64,000 bases of DNA from Alphaproteobacteria bacterium (GCA_965237415.1 CBDEFM010000001.1:160001-224000), one strand, 5' to 3'. Positions 22,292-32,421 are shown, counted from the stretch's first letter. Notes: a model not told the origin generated them from the letters alone. Program-made: numbers and translations.

Positions 22292-22891
22292 ATGACGGGC
22301 GAGCGCGAGACCATTCCGGCCCGGCGCGGCCGGGCGCTTCGGCTTGGCGCGGGCGAGGCTCTGCGGCTCATCAACATCCATGGCACCCAGGTGGTGGACA
22401 CTTGGGCCTTCAACGTGAACGACATGGCCGAATGCATGTCGATGGAGCATTCCCGCGTCGCCATCGGCCATATCTTCCCCCGGCCCGGCGATACCATGGT
22501 CACCAACAAGCGCCGCCCCATCCTCACTCTGGTTGAGGACACCTCGCCCGGCGTTCACGACACGCTGATCGCCGCCTGCGACCGCTGGCGCTACATGCTG
22601 CTGGGCGCCGGCGACGACCACGACAACTGCGAGGACAATCTCCACGATGCGCTCGATGCGCTGGGCCTCAAGGCGCCGAAGACGCCGTCGCCCTGGAACA
22701 TGTGGATGAACATCCCCGTGGGCGCGGACGGCTCGGTCTCTTTCGAGCCGGGCGTGGCAAGCCCCGGCGATCACGTGGTGCTGCGGGCGGAGATGGACAT
22801 TGTGCTCGCCTTCTCCTGCTGCCCGCAGGACATCCTCCCCATCAACGGCGTCGCCTGCACGCCGGTCGATGCCGCCTTCGAGCGGCTCTGA
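22292..22891 (+). CDS. Urea carboxylase-associated (DUF1989) protein
   Basis: GTQVVDTWAF, HDTLIAACD, HDNC, FSCCPQD. Confidence 0.88.
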   Translation: MTGERETIPARRGRALRLGAGEALRLINIHGTQVVDTWAFNVNDMAECMSMEHSRVAIGHIFPRPGDTMVTNKRRPILTLVEDTSPGVHDTLIAACDRWRYMLLGAGDDHDNCEDNLHDALDALGLKAPKTPSPWNMWMNIPVGADGSVSFEPGVASPGDHVVLRAEMDIVLAFSCCPQDILPINGVACTPVDAAFERL

Positions 22892-22902
22892 GGGCGAAGA
22901 CC

Positions 22903-24054
22903 ATGGCAGGGAACGGCATCTTCCTCACCGACGAGCAGCGCATGATCCGCGACATGGCGCGCGACTTCGCCGCCAACGAGCTCGCCCCCCATGCCGGCAA
23001 GTGGGACCTGAACGGCGGCTACCCCGACGACATTCTCCCCAGGATGGGCAAGCTCGGCCTGATGGGGATGCTGGTGCCGCCGGAATGGGACGGTGCGGGC
23101 ACGGACCACGTGGCCTACGCGCTCGCCATGGAGGAGATCGCGGCCGGCGATGTCGGCACGTCCACGGCGATGAGCGTTAACAACTCGCTGGTCTGCGCGG
23201 GCCTGATGGGCGCCGGCTCCGAGGAGCAGAAGGAGCGCTTCCTCCGCCCGCTGGCCCGCGGCGACATGCTCGGCTGCTTCTGCCTGACCGAGCCGCAGGC
23301 GGGCTCGGATGCGTCGGCGCTCAGGAGCCGCGCGGTGCCGGACGGCAACGGCTATCGGCTGAGCGGCACCAAGCAGTTCGTCTCCAGCGGCTCCAAGGCG
23401 GACCTCGCTCTGGTCTTCGCCGTGACCGACCCCGACGCCGGCAAGAAGGGGATCAGCTGCTTCCTGGTGCCGACCGAGTCCGAGGGCTACCGGGTCGCGA
23501 GCCACGAGACAAAGATGGGCCAGCGCGCCCACGACACCTGCCAGATCGTCTTCGAGGATGTGCGCCTCACGCCCGATCTCGTGCTGGGCGAGCCGGGACA
23601 AGGCTACGCCATCGCGCTCGGCAACCTCGAAGGCGGCCGCATCGGCGTCGCCGCCCAGGCCACCGGCGCCATGCGCGCGGCCTACGAGACTGCGCTCGCC
23701 TACGCCAAGGAACGCACGAGCTTCGGCAAGCCGCTGATCGAGCATCAGGCGGTGGGCTTCCGGCTCGCCGACATGGCGACGGAGATCGAGGCGGCGCGGC
23801 TGCTCACGCTGCAAGCTGCACGGCTGCGCGATGCCGGCGCGCCCTGCCTGAAGGAGGCCTCGATGGCCAAGCTCTTCGCGTCGGAGGCCGCCGAGCGGGT
23901 CTGCTCCAAGGCGATCCAGACCCTCGGCGGTTATGGATACCTGAGCGACTTCCCGGTCGAGCGCATCTACCGGGACCAGCGCGTCTGCACGATCTACGAA
24001 GGCACGAGCGACGTCCAGCGGCTGGTGATCAGCCGGGCGCTCGCGCGGGAGTAA
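22903..24054 (+). CDS. Acyl-CoA dehydrogenase
   Basis: FCLTEPQAGSD, LEGGRIG, LGGYGY, IYEGT. Confidence 0.94.
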   Translation: MAGNGIFLTDEQRMIRDMARDFAANELAPHAGKWDLNGGYPDDILPRMGKLGLMGMLVPPEWDGAGTDHVAYALAMEEIAAGDVGTSTAMSVNNSLVCAGLMGAGSEEQKERFLRPLARGDMLGCFCLTEPQAGSDASALRSRAVPDGNGYRLSGTKQFVSSGSKADLALVFAVTDPDAGKKGISCFLVPTESEGYRVASHETKMGQRAHDTCQIVFEDVRLTPDLVLGEPGQGYAIALGNLEGGRIGVAAQATGAMRAAYETALAYAKERTSFGKPLIEHQAVGFRLADMATEIEAARLLTLQAARLRDAGAPCLKEASMAKLFASEAAERVCSKAIQTLGGYGYLSDFPVERIYRDQRVCTIYEGTSDVQRLVISRALARE

Positions 24055-24060
24055 CGGGCG

Positions 24061-24663
24061 ATGAGCGACAGCATCGACTTCTACTTCGACTTCTCCTCGC
24101 CATACGGCTATCTCGCGACCGAGCGCATCGACGCCATCGCGTCGAAGCACGGGCGCACGGCGACGTGGCGGCCGATGCTGCTCGGTGCCGTATTCCAGAA
24201 GATCGGCGGGAGCCCCTTGGTCGACCAGCCGCTGAAGGGCCCCTACTCACGTCACGACATGCTACGCTCGGCGCGCCTTCACGGCATCGTCTTCAACGTC
24301 CCCGACAATTTCCCGGTCAACAGCATCGCCGCGTGTCGTGCCTTCTACTGGCTGGCCGAGAGTGACGCGGGCACTGCGCACGACCTCGCGCTCGCGCTCT
24401 ATCGCGGCTACTTCGTCGACAACCGCGACCTGAGCCGGCCGGAAACAGTGGTCGAAGCCGCACAGGCGCTGGGCGTCGACGGCGACGCGCTGGTGGCGGC
24501 GTTGCAGGATCAGGCGGTCAAGGACCGCCTACGCACCGAGAACGATGCGGCGCTCGAGCGCGGCGTCTTCGGCTCGCCCACCGTCTTCGTCGGCGACGAG
24601 ATGTTCTGGGGTCACGACCGACTGGAACAGATCGACCGCTGGCTCGAAACCGGCGGCTGGTAG
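24061..24663 (+). CDS. 2-hydroxychromene-2-carboxylate isomerase / DsbA-like GST-kappa family
   Basis: DFYFDFSSPYGY, GVFGSPT, FWGHDR. Confidence 0.92.
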   Translation: MSDSIDFYFDFSSPYGYLATERIDAIASKHGRTATWRPMLLGAVFQKIGGSPLVDQPLKGPYSRHDMLRSARLHGIVFNVPDNFPVNSIAACRAFYWLAESDAGTAHDLALALYRGYFVDNRDLSRPETVVEAAQALGVDGDALVAALQDQAVKDRLRTENDAALERGVFGSPTVFVGDEMFWGHDRLEQIDRWLETGGW

Positions 24664-24691
24664 CCGGGCAGCGGGAGCGCTTGCGCGCGGA

Positions 24692-25474
24692 TCAGTCGCC
24701 GGCGTTGGCCCCGAGCTTCACCTCGTCGTCGTAGACCCCTTCGGGAAGCGGCAGGCCGTCGAGTTCGGCGGCGCCCAGCGCACCATCAGGCGAAATCCCG
24801 CGCTGCTCCAGGAGCGCCATGAGCTGGCGGGCATGCTGGGCGGCGTGCCACGCCGTCCGCTCCAGCACGCGCTCCGTCGGGTGGATGCCGTAATAGGTGT
24901 CGAGCGTCCCGAGGCGCCCGGCATCGGCCGCGCGCCACCAGGCCTGGAGCGCGTCGCGCACGCTCTGGCCGTAGGCCGCGACCTGGGCAGCGCTCCGCAT
25001 GTCGGGGCCCGGCGTGCGCTCGAAATAGTCGAAGGTGAGCCGCGCGCCGTGGGCCGCATCGAGGAAGGCCGCCGGGATGACGAAGATGTGGTAGCCGAGA
25101 TCGAGGATAGTCCGCTCCCGGCCCGGCAGCCCCTCTTCCAGGTCGGCGGCGGGGAACTGGCCGAGATAGCGCTGCGCAGCGGCGAGGATCAGGTCGAGCT
25201 TTCGCACCAGCTCCGCCGGCGGCAGTTGCGCCCGGTCGAATTCGACGCCGATGAAGCGCGCGAGATCGCCCAGGTCCTGGGCGAAGACGAAGCGCTTCCC
25301 CTGCACCACAACCGGCACCGACTGGGCACCGAGGCCGGCGAGATCCTCCATCGCCTCCGGCCTGGCGCGGACGTTGATCGATTCGTAAGCGATTCCGCGC
25401 GTCGCCAGGAACTCCTTGGCCCGGAGACAGCTCGAACACCCCGGCTGCCAATACACCTTGAAATCATCTGCCAT
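24692..25474 (-). CDS. Glutaredoxin-like domain fused to a DinB-like domain
   Basis: N-terminal QPGCSSC and SVPVV; C-terminal LGYHIF and ERTAWHAAQHARQL. Confidence 0.75.
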   Translation of the reverse strand: MADDFKVYWQPGCSSCLRAKEFLATRGIAYESINVRARPEAMEDLAGLGAQSVPVVVQGKRFVFAQDLGDLARFIGVEFDRAQLPPAELVRKLDLILAAAQRYLGQFPAADLEEGLPGRERTILDLGYHIFVIPAAFLDAAHGARLTFDYFERTPGPDMRSAAQVAAYGQSVRDALQAWWRAADAGRLGTLDTYYGIHPTERVLERTAWHAAQHARQLMALLEQRGISPDGALGAAELDGLPLPEGVYDDEVKLGANAGD

Positions 25475-25509
25475 GACAGATCTCCCCGGCGGGCGGCGCG
25501 CCTGTGCGC

Positions 25510-26283
25510 CTATTCCGCCGTGTAGCCGCCATCGATCACCAGCTCGGTGCCGGTAATGAATTTCGCCTCGTCGGAGGCCAGATAGACCACCCCGTTGGCG
25601 ACATCGTTGGGCTCGCCGACGTGGCCCACCGGATGCAGCTTGCCGAACTCTCGCGGCCCTGCGGCGGCATCGCCGAACATGCGGATCGCCGTCTCGTCCA
25701 TCATAGGGGTCGCGATGAAGGCGGGGTGGATAGAGTTGACGCGGATGCCGCTGCCGTCACGGGCGCATTCAAGCGCCACGCACTTGGTGAAGTAGCGGAC
25801 CGCACCCTTCGACGCCGTGTAGGCCGCGAGATGCGCCGTGCCGACCATGCCGAGCACCGACGACATGTTGACGATGGAGCCGCCGCCGGAGCGGCGCATG
25901 GCGGAAATCGCGGTCCTGGTGCCGAGAAAGACCCCGTCTGCGTTGACCGCCATGATCCGCCGCCAAGTCTCGAGAGTGACTTCGGCGATCGGCTCGGCCC
26001 GGGTCGTTCCGGCATTGTTGAAGAGGATATCGAGGCGGCCGTGTTCCGACACCACGCTCTCGACCGTCGTCTGCCAGGCGGCCTCGTCGGTGACGTCGAG
26101 GGGGCGGAACCGGGCCGTGCCGCCTGCCGCGGTGATGGTCTCGGCCACCGCCTGGCCGCGGCCTTCGTCCCGCCCCGTCACCAGCACCGCCGCGCCTTCC
26201 TCGGCCATGCGCACCGCCGACGCGGCGCCGAGCCCGCTGGTCGCCCCGGTTACGATCGCCACCTTGCCTGCCAGTCTCGCCAT
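25510..26283 (-). CDS. Short-chain dehydrogenase/reductase
   Basis: TGATSGLG, NNAG, YTASK, RVNSIHP. Confidence 0.94.
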   Translation of the reverse strand: MARLAGKVAIVTGATSGLGAASAVRMAEEGAAVLVTGRDEGRGQAVAETITAAGGTARFRPLDVTDEAAWQTTVESVVSEHGRLDILFNNAGTTRAEPIAEVTLETWRRIMAVNADGVFLGTRTAISAMRRSGGGSIVNMSSVLGMVGTAHLAAYTASKGAVRYFTKCVALECARDGSGIRVNSIHPAFIATPMMDETAIRMFGDAAAGPREFGKLHPVGHVGEPNDVANGVVYLASDEAKFITGTELVIDGGYTAE

Positions 26284-26401
26284 GGCTCGCCTCATACCCC
26301 ACGAGGGCATCGCATATGTCGCCCCCTGCATAACAAATGGGAGTAACATTGCGGACTATACTCCCGCAGGCGCCGCCTGCGTCTCAAAAGGTCGCACACC
26401 C

Positions 26402-28099
26402 ATGGCGGACGGGATGGGCGGTGTTGACGGCAACGCCTACCGGGCCGACCGGAATCTTCGGGCCCTCCTGCGCCGCAGCGCGCCCTGGCTCACCGAAGAG
26501 GACGCCGAACGGCTGAGCAGTTTCGGCGGCTGGGTGGCGACCGCCGTCGACGAACAGGCGGACTACACCAACCGCTTCGCGCCGCCGGTTCTCGAAACCC
26601 TGGATGAGGGCGGCCGCCCGCGCTCGGCGGTGCGCCACAATCCACTCTATGCGGCGGTTCACCGCGAGGTCTACGAGCGGGGCATCGTGGGGCTCAACTA
26701 CGGCCCAGAGCGGCGCCCCTACATGCTGACCTTCGCGATGGGCTATCTGCTCGCACAATCCGACATCTCGATTCACTGTCCTGTGACGCTCACCGGCGCC
26801 GTCGCCCACGTGCTCGACCGGTTTGCGCCGGAGGCGGTGCGCGACGCCCACCTGCCCGCGCTCGTGCGCATGGACGGCACGGCGGCGACCGGCGGCACCT
26901 GGGTCACCGAGAAGCAGGGTGGCAGCGACGTCGGCGCCACTGCGACCGTGGCGCGACGCACGAACGACGGTATCGTCCTCCGCGGGCTCAAGTGGTTCGC
27001 CAGCAATGTCGATGGCGGTCTCGCGCTCACCCTCGCCAGGCCGGAGGGTGCGGCGGGCGGCAGCGGCGGGCTGGGCCTCTATCTCGTGCCTGCGCGCGGG
27101 CCCGACGGGGCGCCCAACCGCTACCGGATCAGGCGACTGAAGGACAAGCTCGGCACCCGCGGGCTGGCGACCGGAGAGATCGAGCTGGAGGACGCCCACG
27201 CGGTGGAGGTGGCACCGCCGCCGGACGGACTCAGGACGATGATGGCGGCACTCGGCTACAGCCGCATCCACAACGCGATGGCTTCGGCCGGCATACAGCG
27301 GCGTGCCTTCGCCGAAGCGCTCGCACACGCCGAGACGCGCAGTGCCTTCGGTCAGCGCCTCATCGCCTACCCGATGGTGCAGGATCAGCTCGTCGAGATG
27401 CAGGTGCGGCTGGAGGCGAGCGTGGCGCTGGCCTTCGCCGCGGCGCGCGCGTTCGATGCGGCGCTGAGCAAGACGGATGAGCAGCCCTGGATGCGGCTCG
27501 TCACCGCGCTCGCCAAGTATCTCACGGCAGAGTGGGTGATTACCGCGACCAGCCGGGCGATCGAGATACTCGGCGGCAACGGCTACACCGAGGAATATCC
27601 GACGGCGCGCCTTTACCGCGATGCCCAGGTGCTTACCGTGTGGGAAGGGCCGCCCAACATCCAGGCGCTGGAGGTGCTGCGCCTCGCGGGCGCGGGATCG
27701 CCGGGCCTCGCGGCCTTCCACGCCCGGCTCGACACCATCCTCAACATGCCCTTCGCCGCCAACCATTCGGCCTTCGTGCGGGCACGCGCGCTCGTCTTTC
27801 AGGCCCGGCGGGAGGTGGCAGCGCTGGTGGCGCTCGTCCGAGACGACGAAGCCGAGGCGCAGCGCCAGGCGCACAGGCTGATGGACCGCATGGCCAAGGG
27901 TTTTGCTGCTGCCCTCCTGGTCGAGGAGGCGGCCACCGACTGGGGCGCGGGCGATGCACGAAAGGCCGTGGTCGCGCGCCACTTTGCCGCACAGGAGCTG
28001 GCGGCGCCGGAGCCGCCGAGACCGGGCGAAAGCGAGAGCCAGAGGTTTTTCCGCCCGCTCGCCGGATACGAGAGGATCGAAACCTCGCACCTGGACTGA
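26402..28099 (+). CDS. AidB-like acyl-CoA dehydrogenase
   Basis: HCPVTLT, TEKQGGSDV, RLKDKLGT, GGNGY, VWEGPPNI. Confidence 0.88.
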   Translation: MADGMGGVDGNAYRADRNLRALLRRSAPWLTEEDAERLSSFGGWVATAVDEQADYTNRFAPPVLETLDEGGRPRSAVRHNPLYAAVHREVYERGIVGLNYGPERRPYMLTFAMGYLLAQSDISIHCPVTLTGAVAHVLDRFAPEAVRDAHLPALVRMDGTAATGGTWVTEKQGGSDVGATATVARRTNDGIVLRGLKWFASNVDGGLALTLARPEGAAGGSGGLGLYLVPARGPDGAPNRYRIRRLKDKLGTRGLATGEIELEDAHAVEVAPPPDGLRTMMAALGYSRIHNAMASAGIQRRAFAEALAHAETRSAFGQRLIAYPMVQDQLVEMQVRLEASVALAFAAARAFDAALSKTDEQPWMRLVTALAKYLTAEWVITATSRAIEILGGNGYTEEYPTARLYRDAQVLTVWEGPPNIQALEVLRLAGAGSPGLAAFHARLDTILNMPFAANHSAFVRARALVFQARREVAALVALVRDDEAEAQRQAHRLMDRMAKGFAAALLVEEAATDWGAGDARKAVVARHFAAQELAAPEPPRPGESESQRFFRPLAGYERIETSHLD

Positions 28100-28203
28100 C
28101 CGCGACGCAGGGCCAGCGGCGGAATACGCCTATCCGGCCGCCGCCGCCGCATGCTATGTGCTGGGCCTGCCGCGGCGGGGCGCACACCACGGGAGCGAGG
28201 GCG

Positions 28204-28977
28204 ATGGAGGTCAACGGCAAGGAAATCGCGGTCGAGGAACACGGCGACGGTGACGCGGTTGTCATGGTCCACGGCCTCGGCGGTACCGGCAACAGTTGGT
28301 ACCCGCAGGTCGGCCCGCTCGCCCGGTTCTTCCGCGTCGTTCGCCTCGACCTCGAAGGTTCGGGCCGCTCGCCCGCCACGGGCGCCCTCTCCATTGCCTC
28401 CTTCGCCGCCGACGTGACCGCGGTGATGGATGCGCTCGATATATCCACCGCCCATCTCTGCGGCCACTCGATGGGCACGATCGTCTGCCAGCACATTGCC
28501 GCCGAGCACCCTGAGCGGGTGAAGAGCCTCGCGCTCTTGGGCCCGCTGGCCGAGCCGCCCGAACCCGCCCGCCAGGCGATCCGCGATCGCGCGGCCGTTG
28601 CGCGCAAGAACGGCATGGTGCCGATCGCCGATACCCTGGTGGAGGTCGCGATCTCGGCCGAGACCAGATCGCACCAGCCGGCGGCGGCGGCATTCGTGCG
28701 CGAGATCCTCATGCGCCAGGACGCCGAGGGCTACGCGCGGACCTGCGAGGCCCTTGCCGACGCGAGGAGCGCGGACCTCGCCAGCATCCGCTGCCCGACC
28801 CTGCTGGTGACGGGCGATGAGGACGGCGTCTCACCGCCGCCGGCGGTGAAGGCCCTGAGCAGCCGGATCTCCGGCTCCCGCGTCGCCGTGCTCCCCGGCT
28901 GCGGTCACTGGACCCCGATCGAGAAGCCGACCCAGGTCAACAGCGTGCTTCTCAACTTCTATTTCAGTTTCGGTTAG
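28204..28977 (+). CDS. Alpha/beta hydrolase (PcaD-like)
   Basis: HGLGG, GHSMG nucleophile elbow, GDED, CGHW. Confidence 0.92.
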   Translation: MEVNGKEIAVEEHGDGDAVVMVHGLGGTGNSWYPQVGPLARFFRVVRLDLEGSGRSPATGALSIASFAADVTAVMDALDISTAHLCGHSMGTIVCQHIAAEHPERVKSLALLGPLAEPPEPARQAIRDRAAVARKNGMVPIADTLVEVAISAETRSHQPAAAAFVREILMRQDAEGYARTCEALADARSADLASIRCPTLLVTGDEDGVSPPPAVKALSSRISGSRVAVLPGCGHWTPIEKPTQVNSVLLNFYFSFG

Positions 28978-28985
28978 GCCGACCT

Positions 28986-29477
28986 GTGGCACAGCGGAAA
29001 CCAGGGAAGCGCGGCGCCGCAAGGCCGCGCTCAGGCGGCGTCAAGGCCAGGCCGGCCTCTGCCAAGCGAGCCACGCGCGGGGGGCGGACCGCGAGGTCGT
29101 CGGGGGATGCGCCGGCGACGTTCTACATCTGCCGGTCCTGCGTCTGGTCCGAGTCGGCGCGGGAGCGCGATGGCAAGCGCCAGGGTACCTTCTTGCTTGA
29201 AGCGGTGCACGACCTGATCGAGGCCGACCCCCTGGCTGTGGCGCTCAACCTTCGTGCGGTCTATTGCCTCAACGGCTGCAAGAGTCCGTGCAACGTGGGC
29301 TTTCGCTCGGCCGGTAAACACCACGTGCGCTTCAGCCACTTGACGCCGGATAACGCGGCGGACGTCATCGCCTACGCGCGCGCCTACCAAGCGAACGCGA
29401 CGGGCGAGGTCTCCGAGGACGAGACGCCAGCGGCGATGCGCGGCAAGATGACGGTGCGCACCCCGCCAATCGGGTAG
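28986..29477 (+). CDS. DUF1636-like metal-binding thioredoxin-fold protein
   Basis: ICRSC and CLNGCKSPCNV motifs; basic low-complexity N-terminus, so the start is uncertain. Confidence 0.72.
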   Translation: MAQRKPGKRGAARPRSGGVKARPASAKRATRGGRTARSSGDAPATFYICRSCVWSESARERDGKRQGTFLLEAVHDLIEADPLAVALNLRAVYCLNGCKSPCNVGFRSAGKHHVRFSHLTPDNAADVIAYARAYQANATGEVSEDETPAAMRGKMTVRTPPIG

Positions 29478-29485
29478 TACGCGCG

Positions 29486-30067
29486 TCAGCTGCGCCAGGT
29501 GGCCGCTTCGCCCGCCTCGATCTCCTGCTCCGCCGCCGGGGCACCGGCATAGCGCCGGTTGGCCTCGCCGAGAGCGGCGCGCAGCGCCTTCACCAGGCTC
29601 GCGCGCTCCTCCGGCGCGAGGAACGAGCCGACGACAAGCGAGCGCCCGTGCGAGGTGAGCGTGATCTGGCTGTGGTGCTCGACCGGATCGTCGAGGGCGA
29701 CGCGCAGCCAGTAGGGGTTGCAGCGCCATTCCGTCGCACGCCCGTTGGGCAGAATGCGCCGGACCACGACCTCGTCTGCGGTGACGCGTATGGTCTCCCG
29801 CAAACGGCCCGAGCGGTAACTCAGCCGGAACGCGAGATAGAGCAGCGCGATGTCCAGGCCAAAGAACCCGAACACCGGCCATGCGCCCTGGAGCAGGAAA
29901 TAGGTGCCGAGGCCTACACTCACCACGATGACACCGGCCATGACGGCGACGAAACCGGCGCGCCCGAGCGAACGGTTGGGTGCCAGCACCGCATCGAAGA
30001 TGACCGGCGACTCGGGTCCGTCACCGTCAACGGGCTGCCTCGCAGGACGCGGGGAGGACGGGTCCAT
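29486..30067 (-). CDS. DUF2244 membrane protein
   Basis: LAPNRSL, GAWPVFGFFGLD, NPYW, GSFLAPEER. Confidence 0.88.
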   Translation of the reverse strand: MDPSSPRPARQPVDGDGPESPVIFDAVLAPNRSLGRAGFVAVMAGVIVVSVGLGTYFLLQGAWPVFGFFGLDIALLYLAFRLSYRSGRLRETIRVTADEVVVRRILPNGRATEWRCNPYWLRVALDDPVEHHSQITLTSHGRSLVVGSFLAPEERASLVKALRAALGEANRRYAGAPAAEQEIEAGEAATWRS

Positions 30068-30237
30068 GGGGCGAGAGTAATGGCTTCGGGACGCGCCGGT
30101 AAAGTGCAGGCCTCCGTTCCGGTGAACAATAGGCACAATTCGTGGACCAAACAGCCGATTTGGGGGTGAGGCCGCTTGACACAATTGGGCGAATCGCCGT
30201 CAACTCCGCAGCGACCTACCGGAATCAGGAGGAGTCT

Positions 30238-30546
30238 ATGCTCAAGAGATCGTGGGCGCTGCGGATTGCGATTGTCGCTCTCCCGTTGGCCGTCGCTGCA
30301 GGATGCCAGTCCGCTGCCGAGCAGGAGCAGGCGGCCGTCGCCATAGCCGGTGCGGAGGCGATGGCAACGGAAGCGATGCAAACCGCCAACCGCGCCATGG
30401 TCGCCGTGGACGAGCTGAGAGCGGCGGTGGAGGAGGCCAGCCAGAGTGCTTCGGCGGCGGCGGCAGCGGCTCAGGAAGCAGCCGAGGCAGCGCAGGCGGC
30501 CGCCGACAAGGCGGACCGCATTTTCCAGAAGGGGATGCGCAAGTAG
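30238..30546 (+). CDS. Lpp/OprI-like alanine-zipper lipoprotein
   Basis: SD AGGAGG; signal peptide with lipobox AAGC; Ala-rich coiled coil; C-terminus ADRIFQKGMRK ends in Lys. Confidence 0.82.
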   Translation: MLKRSWALRIAIVALPLAVAAGCQSAAEQEQAAVAIAGAEAMATEAMQTANRAMVAVDELRAAVEEASQSASAAAAAAQEAAEAAQAAADKADRIFQKGMRK

Positions 30547-30585
30547 TCTCAGCGCGGGCGGCCATCGCGCGCCGCCCGGCTGCCG

Positions 30586-31554
30586 TTAAGCTGAGGGCCC
30601 GGTTCGGTCTACGGTCACTTGGACAGGGATACCCGACCGTTCATCAAAAGCCCTGCGGATGATGTGCCAGTCCAGACGATCGCGGGCGGCACCCGCTAGA
30701 GTTGTGATCCGGTAGAGAGCGTCGTTGCGGGAGCGCGCGTCGACGCTCTTAATCTGCCCGGTGCTCTCCAGCTCATCGGCCTGATCGGCTTCGGGGTGCG
30801 CCTCCACGAAGAGCCCGCCGTCGTGCCAGCCGATCTTGATCGCCTGATTGATGACCTGGACCGGGGCCCCAATCGGCACGAACTCGTATAGCTGCGCGAT
30901 ATCCTCCGGGTAGAGGCGGATGCAGCCGTGGCTTACCCGCCGCCCGATTCCCCACGGCCGGTTGGTGCCGTGGATGAGATAGCGCGGCCAGCCGAAATAG
31001 AGCGCGTGGCTGCCGAGGGGATTGTGGGGGCCCGGTGGCACGACCTTGGGCAGGTCCGGATTCTTGGCGCGGATCGATTCAGGCGGAAACCAGGTCGGCC
31101 GTTCCTTCTTGCGGACGATCTCGGTCGTGCCGAGCGGCGTCGACCATCCCTCTCTGCCGACGCCTAAGGGGAAGGTCGCGGGCTCCGTGCCCGGCGGGCC
31201 GAAATAGTAGAGGCGATGCTCGGCGAGGTTCACCACCAGGCCTTCCCGCTCGGCGTCCGGGAGAATGTGCGCGGTGGGCAGAACGATCGGCGTGCTCTCG
31301 CCGGGGACCCAGGGGTCGATACCGCGGTTGGCCGCGATCATCTCGACATAGCCAAGGCTGTTGGCGCGCGCGAGGTCCAGCAGCGTGTCCTCGTGGGAGG
31401 CAACGACGTGGCGCAGCGCGCCGATCATGTCGCCGGATCGGGCCTCGCCCTCAGGCTCGGACGCCGCGGCGCCACCTGTCGCCGCCAACGTGAGCGCCAC
31501 CGCCATGAGGGCTGCGATGGTGAATGCCGTCCGCCGCCGCATCGTCCGCATCAC
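30586..31554 (-). CDS. L,D-transpeptidase (ErfK/YbiS/YcfS/YnhG type)
   Basis: Signal peptide; LysM-like DTLLDLAR...AAN..IDPWVP; VVNLAEHRLYYF; PPGPHNPLG; IHGTN...SHGCIRL. Confidence 0.94.
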   Translation of the reverse strand: MMRTMRRRTAFTIAALMAVALTLAATGGAAASEPEGEARSGDMIGALRHVVASHEDTLLDLARANSLGYVEMIAANRGIDPWVPGESTPIVLPTAHILPDAEREGLVVNLAEHRLYYFGPPGTEPATFPLGVGREGWSTPLGTTEIVRKKERPTWFPPESIRAKNPDLPKVVPPGPHNPLGSHALYFGWPRYLIHGTNRPWGIGRRVSHGCIRLYPEDIAQLYEFVPIGAPVQVINQAIKIGWHDGGLFVEAHPEADQADELESTGQIKSVDARSRNDALYRITTLAGAARDRLDWHIIRRAFDERSGIPVQVTVDRTGPSA

Positions 31555-32421
31555 CTAGGCGGCGCCGCTTTCGACCGGCGCGTCCGCGCGGCTGCCCCAA
31601 TCGGTCCAGGAGCCGTCGTAGACGGCGACCTGTTCGGCCCCGATCGCGGCAAGCGCGAGCGCCAGCGTGCATGCGGTAATGCCCGACCCACAGGTGGCGA
31701 TGACCGGCCGGGCGGGGTCCACGCCGGCATCCTCGAAAGCGCGGCGAATCGCCGCGGCGTCGCTTAGTGCGGCCTCGTCATCGTCGAGGACGGCGCTGAA
31801 AGGCACGTTGCGGCTGCCGGGAATGTGGCCGCGCGGGAGATCGGGCCTGGGCCCCGGATCTTCGCCCGAGAAGCGCGCGGCGGCGCGCGCATCCACGATC
31901 TGTTCGCTGCCTGCGGCGAGGGTGGCCCGGACCTGCTCGAACGAGCGGACCAGCGTGTCGTCAGGGGCCCGCGCCCTGAACGATCCCGGCGCGATCGTGG
32001 CCGTGCCGCTCTCCACCGGGTGGCCTTCCGCCCGCCAGCGCGGCAGACCGCCGGCGAGGATCGAAACGCGCTCGTGCCCGAATACGCGGAACATCCACCA
32101 GACCCGTGCAGCGCTATAGAGGCCCACCGTGTCGTAGGCCACGACGTGCGAGTCGTTGCCGACGCCGAGCGCCGAGACGTCGCGTGCGAAGTGCTCGGGG
32201 GACGGCAGCATGTGGGGCAGCGACGAGTGGGGATCGCAGATGCTGTCGATGTCGAAGAAGGCCGCGCCCGGGATGTGGGCCTCCAGGAACTCGGTGGCCG
32301 GGTCGCGCGCCAACGTCGGAAGATGCCACGAGCCGTCCAGTACCCGCACCCCGCTGCCGGCGCCGACTTCTGCGGCGAGCCAGGCCAGGGTCACGACCAG
32401 CGGTGTCTCGCCGTCGCTCAC
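31555..32421 (-). CDS. sseA: 3-mercaptopyruvate sulfurtransferase
   Basis: HIPGA, LPHMLP, ARVWW, CGSGITA, YDGSWTDW. Confidence 0.92.
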   Translation of the reverse strand: MSDGETPLVVTLAWLAAEVGAGSGVRVLDGSWHLPTLARDPATEFLEAHIPGAAFFDIDSICDPHSSLPHMLPSPEHFARDVSALGVGNDSHVVAYDTVGLYSAARVWWMFRVFGHERVSILAGGLPRWRAEGHPVESGTATIAPGSFRARAPDDTLVRSFEQVRATLAAGSEQIVDARAAARFSGEDPGPRPDLPRGHIPGSRNVPFSAVLDDDEAALSDAAAIRRAFEDAGVDPARPVIATCGSGITACTLALALAAIGAEQVAVYDGSWTDWGSRADAPVESGAA

